64,000 nucleotides of DNA from Heterodontus francisci (GCF_036365525.1 NC_090403.1:26235461-26299460), one strand, 5' to 3'. Shown: positions 24,229-37,137, counted from the stretch's first letter. Numbers and translations are program-made. Notes: a model not told the origin generated them from the letters alone.

Positions 24229-25713
24229 GAAAACTAGGACAAGCGAGTGGAAAGTCCTGTTTGCTTTTTGTTAATTCTAAATTCCTATCCACCATTTATT
24301 TTGAGACTTGCATTATAAAATTGATGGTCTGAGTGCATAAAGGAAGGCACTTCAGATGAAAAGAGGTAGAAATTATGATGTTATTTCGTGGGTGGGAGAC
24401 AGAGGAATGAATAGAGGTTCTATGGAATGTTCGGGATGCAAAGTGGCAATAAACTGAACCATTTGGTCGCTGCGTAAAAGATAATGGGAGATTGACTAAC
24501 AATTTAGGTGAAGCTGTTTGTCAGCATTTATCATTGTAAATTGCTATGTCAGCATTTGAAATCCAATTTTGACATGGCAACTGCCAAACTGCCATGATAT
24601 AATTGCAGCCTTTGGTCATAAGGTTGCTCTTTCCATATCTTCCTATTATTCGCTTGGAGAGAATAATGCGAACGAATGGGAGGATTTGCAGGATTTTTAA
24701 CAGTCTGACAAATGGTGTCTTGAGCATTCCTTCCATGGCCATAAACATACCAATTGACAGATTGATCAGTCCAAGACAACAGGAGAGTATTATAGGCTCT
24801 CATAAACCATGCGGAGTATGGGGAATCCATTGGGTACATGTGCCCACGTGGATGTCAACCCAGAATTCAGAACCAGAATTTGGATCCTCCGTTGAGACAC
24901 TCTGGGACATCCCATCCTCTGACCCGAGGCAGTAATCATAATACTAAGCCAAAGGTTCACTCCAGGCCCTGGCGTGATCCTGTGGAATAAGTCCCTGAAG
25001 TTTTCCAACATGCATAGAAAAAACGTATTGATCAATTGACTGTGGACAAAGCCAGGGGAAATGTATTAATAAGAAATGAGAGGATAGTCAGTGAAGGGCT
25101 GTGTGCACTTGTGGATGAATGAAGACTTGTGTTTGAACAAATGGTAGAAATATTGAGATGAATACACAAAAGCAAGGATGAAGTGCATATCAGTGGACCA
25201 AAGGGAAGGGAGGATAAAAACAAGTAAGTGTGAATGACAGTAGAAAATACACCAGGTCCAGATCATATGCAGTCTAAGAAACTATGAAATAAGGTCAATG
25301 AGAGAAAGAACAAATCATAATTTTCCTATCAACTTCAGAAACAAGTATTGTGCCAAAGGATTGCAGGGTGGCAAGATATTAGACTTAATTCAGCTGTATG
25401 TAACTCTATGGAGTCCATAGTATGGGGTGAAATAATTGAGAAGTCGGAGAAGCATGAGGGACAGTCAACACGAATCTGTAAATAATAACAATGAGAAAAG
25501 AGTGGAAAATCAGGAAAATTGGGTTTGAAATGGATTGACAGCTTTGAGCAGTGAGGGAAAATCAGACAGCAGAGAGAGGAGACTTGAGCAGAGATTGTAT
25601 CAGTAATAGACAGCAAGGAGGAAAATCCAGAGCATTTATAGTGAGTATGGAAAACTGATCAACACAAATGAGAAATAGATATTATTCTTGTAAATGTGAA
25701 TTATTGAAAACAA

Positions 25714-26303
25714 TTTATTCACACCAACATATGTTCATTCAGTATAAAAGATTTCCAGTTTACAAAAACATTGTCTATCCCACAACTCTTAATAAATATC
25801 AATAAGTTAATTTTTAAACTCACTTTACACATTGTATAACACTGTAACATTTCATTATGTGAACAAATCACAACAATAAATATCAATGAATTAGGATAAA
25901 TTGAGATGGATTGTAGTTTGGGCTGTTTGGAGAGCAGAATTGTCAAGGTCAGTGTAACTCAGGGTTCATTGATCTGCAACCCGACACTCTTGAAAGCCCA
26001 ACAGTGCATTCAAAACCAGACTCCCCACAATGAGCCCTTTCGCATTTCATCACAGGAAATTATCACAGCAATAAATATAAATAAATTAAAATAAATAAGT
26101 AAATATGAAACAATATTAAGCCAGTCATTCTTCTCTATCGGTCATTTTGCTGCCAATGGCATCATTACAGCAATCCAATTACATTAAAATATTAAATAAA
26201 ATAAATACTGTTAAATAAAATATATGTAGTTATACATTTAAGGCATTTAAAATAAATATTTATTTTTTTCCAGTCTGTACTAAAACATGTCTTTGGAAAG
26301 TCT
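25714..26303 (-). promoter_or_regulatory. 3' UTR of gene B with ATTTA-rich instability elements and AATAAA (25714-25719)
   Basis: Dense TAAAT on the plus strand at 26070-26260. Same layout in C and D. Confidence 0.65.
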
Positions 26304-26402
26304 TCAGCTTCTTCTTCTGATTTTTGCTGTTATAACAAGGATCTGTTGTAAACAGGCTCTGGTCTCAGTGCGGATTATTTCCCAGGCACAGTCACTGAAT
26401 AT
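26304..26402 (-). CDS. IFN1: Type I IFN gene B exon 4 (IFSDCAWEIIRTETRACLQQILVITAKIRRRS*)
   Basis: Acceptor ccttcag, CAWE motif, TGA stop. Confidence 0.92.
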   Translation of the reverse strand: MFSDCAWEIIRTETRACLQQILVITAKIRRRS

Positions 26403-26509
26403 CTGAAGGAAGGAAATATTCGGGAAAATCCATTAGAGAATCAATAGATTTAAATGGGGAGAAATGAACTACATGCTAGTAATTACACAGAAAATACCAA
26501 TTGTCCCAC

Positions 26510-26749
26510 CTTCTGTTTGAGAAACTTTTCCAGTTTCCTGAAGTATTTGTGAATGGCAGTCTTGCTCCTGGGCTTGAACTCTGATCCCAATTTCCAGACA
26601 CATTCTTCCAGCTCTCCGAGTTGCCGATCGAGGAGAAGACGAAAGTTTTCCACCTTGTCTCGGGGCCATGTGACTGAGCCCAGGTTCATGCTGTAGATCT
26701 TGTTGATGTGACGCAGGGTTTGATGGACAATCTGGATCCTGTCCTGGGC
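26510..26749 (-). CDS. IFN1: Type I IFN gene B exon 3 (80 aa)
   Basis: AQDRIQIVHQTL...YFRKLEKFLKQK with canonical splice sites. Confidence 0.93.
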
Positions 26750-26949
26750 CTGTGCACAATAGACACAATGACATTAGAGGGGGTCTTATACCTTTTCGGT
26801 TTAAAGTAGTTATGGAAAGGAACAAGGAATAGGTCAACAGTAAATAAGCAACGGGAGGCTTTAATAGTGAAGACATCTTGGGTACAGATTGGGTTCATTC
26901 CTATGAAGCAGAAAGTAAGGACATGCAAAAATTCATGCTTCGTGGATAT

Positions 26950-27960
26950 AGAGATTGAATAGATAGTGAAAAGGAAGGCTTATCATAAATATTAGGCTCA
27001 TAATAACGTGGGGAACGAAGCTGAATATAGACAGTACAGAGAAGAACTATCAAAGAAATGAGGGGCAGAGTGCATAAAAAATCGACTAGCTGCAAACAAA
27101 AAAGGGAAGCTACAAATCTTTTATAAGCATGTAAAGGGAAAGAAGGGTTAGTAATTAGTGGCCGAAAAGCAATTTTCTTCTGGTGCAGGGGGTACAGCTG
27201 AGGATCTAAACGATTAATTTGCACGTGACTTCACTAAATAGGATGGTTCAAATATCACAGTAAAGTTGGGTGTTTGGCAGAGGTGGGGGTAGAAGAAAAA
27301 TTGGATCGGGTGAAAATAGATACAGAGGAGGTGCTTAAAAGATTGGTAGCACTCGAAGTAGGAAAGTCACCCAGTCTGGATAGAATATTTCTGAGGTTGC
27401 TGAGGAAAGTCAGTGCTTAAATAATGGAAGTTCTGGCCACAATTTTCCAGTCCTCATTGGATGTGAGAGTGATGCCAAAGGACTGAAAGTTTTCACCCTG
27501 TTCAAAAAAGGAGGTAAACTTGACAACCACAGGCTAGTTAGGCTATCATGGGTGGCGGGAAGTTTGTAGACACTATTTTTCCAAGGTAAAATGAGTTGTC
27601 ACTTACCAAAATATGACTTAGTAAATGTCAACCAGTAAATATTTGTTAAGGTAAAATCATGCTTGCCTAACTTGATTGAGTTATTCGATCAAGTAGCAGA
27701 AAGGATTGCTGAGGGAGGTGTGGTGATTGTTGTTTATATAGATTTTCGAAATGTCTGTATACGGATTTGCTGAATGGGTGGTGAAAAAGATCAATAATTG
27801 GTTTGAAAGGGAAATTATATAAATAGTTGAAGAGGAAAGGTTTGCATGGTTATTGGAAAATGGTGAGTGGAGTGGGAATAATTGGATAATTCATTCAAAG
27901 AGCCTGCACAAGCATGATGAGCCACATGGCCTATTCTGTACCTTTCAATGATTCCATGAC
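26950..27960 (+). mobile_element. Old degraded CR1 LINE in intron 2 of B (also ~37790-38795 and ~51290-52290)
   Basis: KSPSLDRIFLRLLRKV...LATIFQSS...PKD-like RT N-terminus and a CR1 tail. Confidence 0.7.
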
Positions 27961-28169
27961 GTAACCTGCCCTGATGGTGCAAACCACACATCCAATCATT
28001 GTTGCACAGGAGTGAGATGGTGAGAGGAAGGCAGATTGTTACATTGTGTAAGATGAATGGGTGAGTTTAGATAATTAGAGGAAGTGAGATGATGAGAAGC
28101 AAGGTAATTTGACAAGATTCATGGTTAACATAGATGGAGGGTGTGAAATGATTAAAAGAATGATTAGGG

Positions 28170-31100
28170 GACACTGGCGTACTGGTAATGTTACTTGAAT
28201 ACTAATTCAGACGCCAGGAAAAAGCTCTGGGAACATGAGTCCAAATCCCACCATTGCGGCTGGTGGAAATTAAATATAATTATTAAATCTGCAGTTAAAA
28301 GCTAGTCTCATTTATGGTTACCATGAAACTAATGGATTGTCATTAAAAACACATCTATTTCATCAATGCCCAATCTACTGTCCTTACCTGGTCTGGCCTA
28401 TATGTGACTCCAGACCCGACTCTGAAAGGGCCTAGCAAGCCAGTCAATTGTATCAAACCACTGTAGAAAAGTTGAATAAGAATAAAACTGGACAGATTGA
28501 CCACAGCACCAGAAATGACAATGGCAGACCCTGACCAGTCAACCCTGCAAAATCCTCCTTCCTATTATCTGGGGAACTGTGCCAAAATAAAGAGAGCTGT
28601 CCCACAGATTACACAAGTATTGGCCTGGCAGAGTCATACTCACTGAATTAAAACCATACAGCCATTGTCCCAGACTACTCCATCATCATCGCAGTGGGAC
28701 AAGATATACCCACCAGAGTTAGTTGCACAGTAGTAAACAGTCGGGAGGGAGTGTCCTCAACATTGACGCCAGACCCCATGGATTCTCACACCATCAGGCC
28801 AAACATGGGCAAGGAAATCACCTGCTGATTACCACCTAGTACCTCCCTCAGACAATCAAACTTGCTCTGCCACACAATAAGATCATGGCTGATCCGATTG
28901 TGACATTAACTCCACTTTTCTCCCTAAACCACCACCACCCCCATATCTCTTGACTCCCTTGTAGATCAAAAATCTGTCCAACTCAGCCTTGAATATGTTT
29001 GGTGAATCACCCACCACTGCTCTCTGGGGAAGAGAATTCCAAATATTAAAGACCCTCTGAAAGAAGAAAGACCTCCTCGTCTCCATTTTAAAAAGAGACT
29101 CCTTATTTTAAAATTGTGCCCCCTTGTTCCAGATTAATCCACGAGGAAAAACATCCTGTCAGCATCTACACTGTCAAGCCCCCTCAGAATATTATATGTT
29201 TTAATAAGATCACCTCTCATTCTTCTAAACTCCAATGAGTATAGACCCAACCTCCTCAACTTTTCCGCATAAGACAACCCTTTCATCCTAGGAATCAGCC
29301 TAGAGAGCTTTTGCTGAGCTGCTTCCAATGCATGTATATTCCTCAGATGATGAATCAATACTCCTTCATGTTTAACACCACTTTGAGGAAGCAGTGTTGG
29401 TAGTAATGGCACAGAATGAACTCTTGGTGGAGAACTTCAATGCCCATCACCAAGAGTGGCTCAGTAGCAGCACTACTGACCGAGCTGGTCCAGTCCTGAT
29501 GGATGTAACATCCAGACTGGGCCTGCAGCAAGTGGTGATGATCCAGGAAAAAGGAAATTTGCCTGACATCGCCCTCACCAATCAACCTGTTGCAGATGCA
29601 TCTGTCCATGACAGTATTGGTCGGAGTGAGTACCACATAGTCCTTATGGAGGTGATGTCCTGTTTTCACTCTGAGGATACTGTCCATTGTGTGCAATGGC
29701 ACTACCACGGTGCTAAATGGGATACATTCAGGACAGATCTAGCAGCTTAAAACTGGGCATCCATGAGGCACTGTGAGTCATCAGCAGCAGCAGAATTGTA
29801 TTCAATCGCACTCTGTAACTGCATGGCCTGGCATATCCCTCACTCTACCATTAGCATCAAGCCAAAGGATCAAACCTGGTTCAATGAGGAGTTTAAGAGA
29901 GCAAGCCAGGAGCAGCACCAAGGATATCTAAAAATGAGATATCAACCTGGTGAAGCTACAACACAGGACTACATGCATGTTAAACAGCGGAAGCAGCATG
30001 CCATAGAGCTAAGAGATCCCACACGAATAGAGCAGATCAAAGCTCTGCAGCCCTGCCACATCACGATGTGTATGGTGCTGGACAATTAAACAAATAACAG
30101 CAGGAAAAGGCTCCACAAACATCCCCAGTGTCAATGTTGGGGGAGCCCAGAACATTAGTGCAGAAGACAAGGCTAAAGTATTTGCATCCATCTTGGCCTC
30201 CTCGTGAGGACCCCAGCATCATAGATGCAAATCTTCAACCAATTCAATTCACTCCACGTGATATCAAGAAATGGCTGAAGGGACAGGATACAGCAAAGGC
30301 TATAGGGCCTGACAACATCCTGGCAGTAGAACTGAAGATTTGTTCTCCAGAATAAGCTGCACTCTTAGCCAAGCTATTCCACTACAGCTACAACACTGGG
30401 ATCTACCCAACAATGCAGAAAATTGCCCAGGTGTGTCATGTGCACAAAAGACAGGACAAATCCAATCTGGCCAATTTCCATCTCATCAGTCTGCTCTCGA
30501 TCATCAGCAAAGTGCTGGAGGGTGCTATCAACAGTTCTATCAAGTGGCACTTACACAGCAATAACCTGTTCACTGATGCTCAGTTTGGGTTCCACCAGGG
30601 CCATTCAGCTCCAGACCTCATTACAGCCTTGGTCCAAACAAGGACAAAGGAGCTGAATTCAAGTGGTAAGATGAGACTGACTGCCTTGACATCAAGGCAG
30701 CATTTGACTGAGTGTGGCATCAAAGAGCCCTAGCAAAATTGAAGTCAATGGGAATCAGGGGGAAAACGCTTCATTGATTGGAGTCATACCTAGAACAAAT
30801 GAAGATGGTTGTGGTTGTTGACAGCCAAACATCGAAGCTCCAGGACATCGCTGCAGGAGTTTCACAGGTTAGTGTCCCAGACCTAACCATCTTCAGCTGC
30901 TTCATCAATTACATTCCCACCATCAGAAGCTCAGAAGTGGGAATGTTCACTGATGACTTTTTTCAGTACCAACCGTGACTCCTCAGGTACTCAACAGTGC
31001 ATCTCCACTTGCAGCTGGACCTGAACAACATTCAGGCTTGGGCTGATAAGTGACAAATAACATTCATGACCACAAGTGCCAAGCAATGACCATCTCCAAC

Positions 31101-31640
31101 AAGGGAGAATCCAACCATCTCCACTTGATATTCAACAACATTACCATCACTGAATATCCCACTATCAACATCCTGAGGGTTATCATTGACCAGAAACTTA
31201 ACAGGACCAGTCATGTAAATACTGTGGCAACAAGAGCAGCTCAGAGGCTGGTAATTCTGAGGGAGTAATTCACCTCCTGACTCCCCAATGCCAGTCCACC
31301 ACCTACAAGGCACAAGTCAGGAATGTGATGGAATACTCTCCACTTGCCTGGATGAGTGCAGCTCCAACAACACTCAAGATGCTCGACACCATCCAGGATG
31401 AAGCAGCCCAATTGATTGACACCTGATCCAACACCTTCAACATTCTCTCCCTCCACCAGCATTGCAGTGTGTAACTTGTACAAGATGCACTGCAGCAACT
31501 CACCAAGAATTCTTCGACAGCACTTTCCAAAGCTGCAACCTCTACCACAGCAGCTGCTTGGCAACACTATCACCTGCGTGTTCCCCTCCAAGCTACAAAC
31601 CATCCTGACTTGGGAGTATATCGCCGTTCCTCCACTGTTA
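28170..31640 (+). mobile_element. Degenerate near-full-length LINE (AP endonuclease + RT) in intron 2 of B, antisense to the IFN gene
   Basis: NFNAHHQEW, KAIGPDNI, ISLLSIISKVLE, QFGF..GHSAPD, MFTDD. Multiple stops and frameshifts. Confidence 0.85.
28870..29343 (-). mobile_element. CR1 3' fragment nested in the intronic LINE (also ~39700-40170 and ~53200-53665)
   Basis: LRRLGLYSLEFRRMRGDLI, FFFQRVFNIWNSLP. Confidence 0.85.
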
Positions 31641-31847
31641 GAATTAAGGAGAAAGTAAGTGCTGTCATTGTGAGTGATATAGTTAGTGAGTGAATGACTG
31701 AGTAGTTCTGCTGTCCTTCTCACACCAATGGGCGGAAAACACTGGATTTAAATTTCCTGGTGTTGAAATTTCTGATCAGGTTGATGATCTTACTCATACT
31801 GTCAATAAAACTCCAGTTCGAATAAAATAAACCCAGTGTTCACTCAC

Positions 31848-31937
31848 CTCGAATCCCTTCGAAAGTTTCATCAGGTTCAAGGGCTTGGTTTTCAGTGAGA
31901 GCCTCTGTTTTACACAGCGTCGAGGAAAGGGACCGCC
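31848..31937 (-). CDS. IFN1: Type I IFN gene B exon 2 (GGPFPRRCVKQRLSLKTKPLNLMKLSKGFE)
   Basis: 90 nt, ctcag acceptor, gtgagt donor. Confidence 0.92.
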
Positions 31938-32112
31938 CTGAGAGGAGATAACAATCACTGTTACAATCAGCCCCAGAAACTGAAATACTACAGAATCACT
32001 GACTATTAATTAGCAAAATTATAAACTGCAAACTATTTCTCCTGAAATGGGTTTGCACAACAAACAAACCCTGTGTGGTCCGGTTATGGTTCTGAATGTG
32101 TTTTAAACTCAC

Positions 32113-32244
32113 CATTTCATTCAGTTTGCTCAGAGTCTCTGTGTTGAGAACTTGCTGTAACTGCAACCTCTCACAGCCCAGACTCAGGGTCCCGGGCAAC
32201 AAGACCAACACCATCCAAAATCTCCAAACACTGGGCAAAGCCAT
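32113..32244 (-). CDS. IFN1: Type I IFN gene B exon 1 (44 aa, signal peptide)
   Basis: ATG at 32244, gtgagt donor. Lies within ORF 31996..32313. Confidence 0.93.
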
Positions 32245-32342
32245 CCCAAGCGACCCAGAGTAAAACACTGATCTGAAGGATGAGTAACCGACGGCTTCGT
32301 GGTTCAGCGCCAAAACGCTTCTTGTTCACTGACTTAAACTGT

Positions 32343-33300
32343 GAAAGTGGAATTGCAGCCGATTCTGATCCAGGAGCGACCGTCTGTGTTGCTGAATGGT
32401 GTGAGAGTGCGGCTGGATTCTGCTGGGAACTCTCACTGGCACTGCCATGCTGTCGGATTTAATGTGTGGGATTACATTCGAAAAGTGAAAATATTCTGCA
32501 GGATTTTTGGAGTTTGTGCTATTTCTTTCTGATGTAAGGAATCGAAAAGCTGGAGAGTCCAAAGGCAGCAACTGGAAAATCCCCGGTAGAAAAACATTGA
32601 ACCAGCTCTCGATTCCAGTTCAACGTTGTGTGGGTTCAGATCACCGGGGCATGAAGGGAGAGTCTGTATTGGGGGGAGTGTGAACATGTATTGGGGCTGT
32701 ATTTTATAATCCGGGTTTAGAGAGACACTGACAGCGGTAATCCGGTGCCGCGGCTTTTAATGCTGACATTCGGCTCCAGAAAGAGCGATTCCCTTTTAAA
32801 TCCATTCTCTCCCCGGTGTGCTCACATCGCGCTTTTACTGTTCACACTTCGCAGGTTGGACATTGCAGAGATCCCGGGTCACAGCCCAGGGTCACCGCTT
32901 GATGCCGAATGTCACCGCTCGGATTCACCTGTCGGAGAATCTGCTCTTTAAGTGGAAGAAGTTTGTCATTTCTGGGCTCTTTTCTGCGGTCATTTTCAGA
33001 GTTTGTTTGAAAGAAAATTTAATCTGCTTCGACTCTGAGTCCCAAAGTGATCCCGCTCCCTTTTCCTTCATCATTTCTTTCTTGTCTCCCTCCCGGGAAA
33101 GTGTCCGTGTCAGTTTCTCTGTGGAAATGAACCTTGTGTCAATTACATCGAAAGTGAAAGTGTCTCAGGGAAAGTGACGAGTTTTGTCATTTCCGAAAGG
33201 GAGGACAGTTTGTAAACAGAGCGGGTCACACTGAGAGGGCTGAGGGGGAGCTGCAACAGGGTTTGGGATATCCGGGATATCCCCGATTACAAAGGGAATG
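32343..33300 (-). promoter_or_regulatory. Promoter/enhancer of gene B (IRF and NF-kB motifs, TATAAAA at 32702-32708)
   Basis: GAAAGTGAAAGTG 33150-33162, GGGATATCCGGGATATCCCC 33265-33284, proximal GGAAAATCCCC. Confidence 0.6.
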
Positions 33301-34364
33301 TCACAAAATCAATCTCATCTGAAACTGTGATCGAAAAATTCCGCCCGGGTGGATGTGGGACTGAAATCCCACGAGCACCAGCTTGAGACGGGAGAAAAAC
33401 TGCAATTTAGAATAATGCTGATGTTAACAGGATAATGGTGAATAAAACTGTAGGAATTGTAAATAGTTTCGAATGGAGGCGGAAGGAGGGTTCGGGAATT
33501 TAAGGAGGAATGTTTAAAACACTGGTGGGTAACATAAAAGGAAGTAGCAAGGGCTCTTAGCAGCACGTCCATTATAATCTTACTCTGTACCTTTCTCATT
33601 CTGCATAATTGGACTTCCTAATATCAACATCTTGTCACCCCATTGGGGTAGAGATTCCGCTTTGTAGGAATTCATGGGGAGAGCAAATAGATGGGGTTGT
33701 CCCCAATTTTGCCTCATTGCGCTCCGAACGAAATTGTATGTTTTGAGATCTTGTTCTCGAGTTTCCGCTCAAATTCGTTTGCCAATCCCCAAACGCAAAA
33801 TCTGCCATGAACCAACAAATCGGTCAGGGATTTCAAATGTAGTTTTAATAAAACTGCCTTAAAATGTTCGATTAGATATTTAAGAGTGGAAACAGTTGCA
33901 GTTTGATTCAGACAGCAGAAAATGGATTTATCACAAAAAGTAAACATTTTAAATGACACTATCAATCCTGCACCTGTGAGATTTTAAATGACTGAAATTG
34001 GCATTTTAAAATATATAGGCCCATTTGTTAGTTTTATTTGGGTGCAATAGTCATTTTCTTCGTAAAGTAAACTTGCCGAATCTTGTCCTTATTGCCCAAA
34101 TGAAGCACTTTAAGATTTGGATCCTCCGGAGAGGCCTGCAATTACAATGGTGATTAATTTATCCTGGCAATAAAGCCACTATTTTGGCACAACCAGCTTC
34201 CAGTGCAATCTTTTTTGTGAACTGGCGTTGAGAGTGGAAACTCAATTTGCCCTGGACGTAATTTGCAGGTAACAGCGGTCAATCTTTCACAGTTATTTCA
34301 CTGACTTTGGGTGAGTTGCACTGAGAAAACCAGGACAAATAGTCATGTGGTAAGTACAGAACTT

Positions 34365-35250
34365 GTGAACTGCTGAAAATAGAGACATATTGTGGAAGCT
34401 TTTGGTCTTGCACTCATCAGGACAACAGGCAAGAATAACCAATGTAAGGGGAAACAACAACTTATTCTGTTTGAGAACAGAGTGCTGATTGGCTGGCAAG
34501 TGAAATCTGATTGGTAGAGGCTTTGCCACGGAGCATGCACCAGTTTATGGTGACTGACAGTTAACTGTCAAGCTTTGTTTGAAATTTAAACCAGGCAGCT
34601 TGACTGTGGTTGGTCAAGGCATTTCTCTGAGGAATGAACCAGCAAATGGCTGAAACAGCGGCAATGTGTGTACATGTTCATTCTGTGTGCAACCAACAGA
34701 ACCCTGTGTAATAAGGTATGTAGCTTCCAGTACACACAAATGCGCCACACTGTGAGCCCGACTGACAATCTTCAATTAGTTGTCAGTGTAATTCTTAGCA
34801 TACTACGGATTATTTAGCAAATGTTGTCCAATTGCAGAATCACATCTAATGTTGGACTCTGTGTTCTGAGTTTTGCAACCAAGGGCTGGTTGGTTACGTC
34901 CTGTCCGTTGCCTGCTGCAAACAGTGGAAGGGACATGTTGTTTGATACAATTCACCAGTCTTTGGGATGTACAGCCTAAATACTAAGCATCACACTGGCA
35001 TTGAAATTCATACATCACACAACTCACTTGTGCGATAGGCAGGATGATGTTTGCCTTGACAGCAGCATCAGGTTAGTGGTGAACACCATGCGTGTTGCTA
35101 CTGCATAGCGAACTTTACCTGTTGATCAATGTTTTGGGATACATTACCTCCAGGGTAATTTGAGGTAGACTGGGCATTTCTCATGGCCACAAATGATGGC
35201 CTTACGCACGTTTCTATGTTTCCGTGATTTCCAGTGAGAAATGATCTGAT
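34365..35250 (-). mobile_element. Penelope-like relic, truncated by deletion
   Basis: Copy of 23090-23965. The right terminus is missing. Confidence 0.8.
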
Positions 35251-36554
35251 TAGGGGGTCTGTGGAATGTTCGGGATGCAAAGTGGCAATAAACTGAACCA
35301 TTTGGTCGCTGCGTAAAAGATAATGGGAGATTGACTAACAATTTAGGTGAAGCTGTTTGTCAGCATTTATCATTGTAAATTGCTATGTCAGCATTTGAAA
35401 TCCAATTTTGACATGGCAACTGCCAAACTGCCATGATATAATTGCAGCCTTTGGTCATAAGGTTGCTCTTTCCATATCTTCCTATTATTCGCTTGGAGAG
35501 AATAGTGCGAACTAATGGGAGGATTTGCAGGATGATTAACAGTCTGACAAATGGCGTCTTGAGCATTCCTTCCATGGCCATAAACATACCAATTGACAGA
35601 TTGATCAGTCCAAGACAACAGGAGTGTATTATAGGCTCCCATAAACCATGCGGAGTATGGGGAATCTATTGGGTACATGTGCACACGTGGATGTCAACCC
35701 AGAATTCAGAACCAGAATTTGGATCCTCCATTGAGACACTCTGGGACATCCCATCCTCTGACCCGAGGCAGTAATCATAATACTAAGCCAAAGGTTCACT
35801 CTAGGCCCTGGCGTGATCCTGTGGAATAAGTCTCTGAAGTTTTCCAACATGCATAGAAAAAATGTATATTGATTAATTGACTGTGGACAAAGCCAGGGGA
35901 AATGTATTAATAAGAACTAAAAGGACAGTCAGTGAAGGGCTGTGTGCACATGTGGATGAATGAAGACTTGTGTTTGAACAAATGGTAGAAATATTGAGAT
36001 GAATACACAAAAGCAAGGTTGAAGTGCATATCAGTGGACCAAAGGGAAGGGAGGATAAAAACAAGTAAGTGTGACTGACAGTCGAAAATACACCAGGTCC
36101 AGATCATATGCAGTCTAAGAAACTATGAAATAAGGTCAATGAGAGAAAGAACAAATCATAATTTTCCTATCAACTTCAGAAACAAGTATTGTGCCAAAGG
36201 ATTGCAGGGTGGCAAGATATTAGACTTAATTCAGCTGTATGTAACTCTATGGAGTCCATAGTATGGGGTGAAATAATTGAGAAGTCGGAGAAGCATGAGG
36301 GACAGTCAACACGAATCTGTAAATAATAACAATGAGAAAAGAGTGGAAAATCAGGAAAATTGGGTTTGAAATGGATTGACAGCTTTGAGCAGTGAGGGAA
36401 AATCAGACAGCAGAGAGAGGAGACTTGAGCAGAGATTGTATCAGTAATAGACAGCAAGGAGGAAAATCCAGAGCATTTATAGTGAGTATGGAAAACTGAT
36501 CAACACAAATGAGAAATAGATATTATTCTTGTAATTGTGAATTATTGAAAACAA

Positions 36555-37137
36555 TTTATTTACACCAACATATGTTCATTCAGTATAAAAGATTTCCAGT
36601 TTACATTGTCTATCCCACAACTCTTAATAAATATCAATAAGTTAATTTTTAAACTCACTTTACACATTGTATAACACTGTAACATTTCATGATGTGAACA
36701 AATCACAACAATAAATATCAATGAATTAGGATGAATTGAGATGGATTGTAGTTTGGGCTCTTTGGAGAGCAGAATTGGAAAGGTCAGTGTGACTCAGAGT
36801 TCATTGATCTGCAAACCTACACCCTTGAAAGCCCAATAGTGCATTCAAAACCAGACTCCCCACAATGAGCCCTTTAGCATTTCATCACAGGAAATTATCA
36901 CAGCAATAAATATCAATAAATTAAAATAAATAATTAAATATGAAACAATATTAAGCCAGTCATTGTTCTCTATCGGTCATTTTGCTGCCAATGGCATCAT
37001 TACAGCAATCCAATTAAATTAAAATATTAAATAAAATAAATACTGTTAAATAAAATATATGTAGTTATACATTTAAGGCATTTAAAATAAATATTTATTT
37101 TTTCCAGTCTGTACTGAAACATGTCTTTGGAAAGTCT
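36555..37137 (-). promoter_or_regulatory. 3' UTR of gene C with AU-rich elements and AATAAA (36555-36560)
   Basis: Homologous to the gene B UTR. Confidence 0.65.

Larger units (their letters stand above)
20221..32106. repeat. Tandem segmental unit 1 (11886 bp): exon 1 and promoter of A, spacer, exons 4-2 of B
   Basis: Colinear, high-identity match to 32107-42933, 42934-58587 and 58588-64000. Confidence 0.9.
26304..32244 (-). other. IFN1: Type I interferon gene B span: complement(join(26304..26402,26510..26749,31848..31937,32113..32244)), 186 aa
   Basis: Intact spliced frame. Introns of 175, 5098 and 107 nt. Confidence 0.92.

Noticed and set aside
24521-24935. Overlapping 75-110 aa ORFs recurring in each spacer
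   Set aside because: The older homologue at ~8960-9245 has stops and frameshifts, and a SINE interrupts the unit 3 copy. There is no support for a gene.
26469-26876. 135-aa alternative-frame ORF across exon 3
   Set aside because: It is a shadow frame of the IFN exon, has different starts in each copy and has no recognisable domain.
31996-32313. Longer single-exon ORFs over exon 1 as intronless IFN or N-terminally extended proteins
   Set aside because: They use non-ATG starts and read into intron 1. The MALP ATG with the gtgagt donor gives the coherent spliced product.
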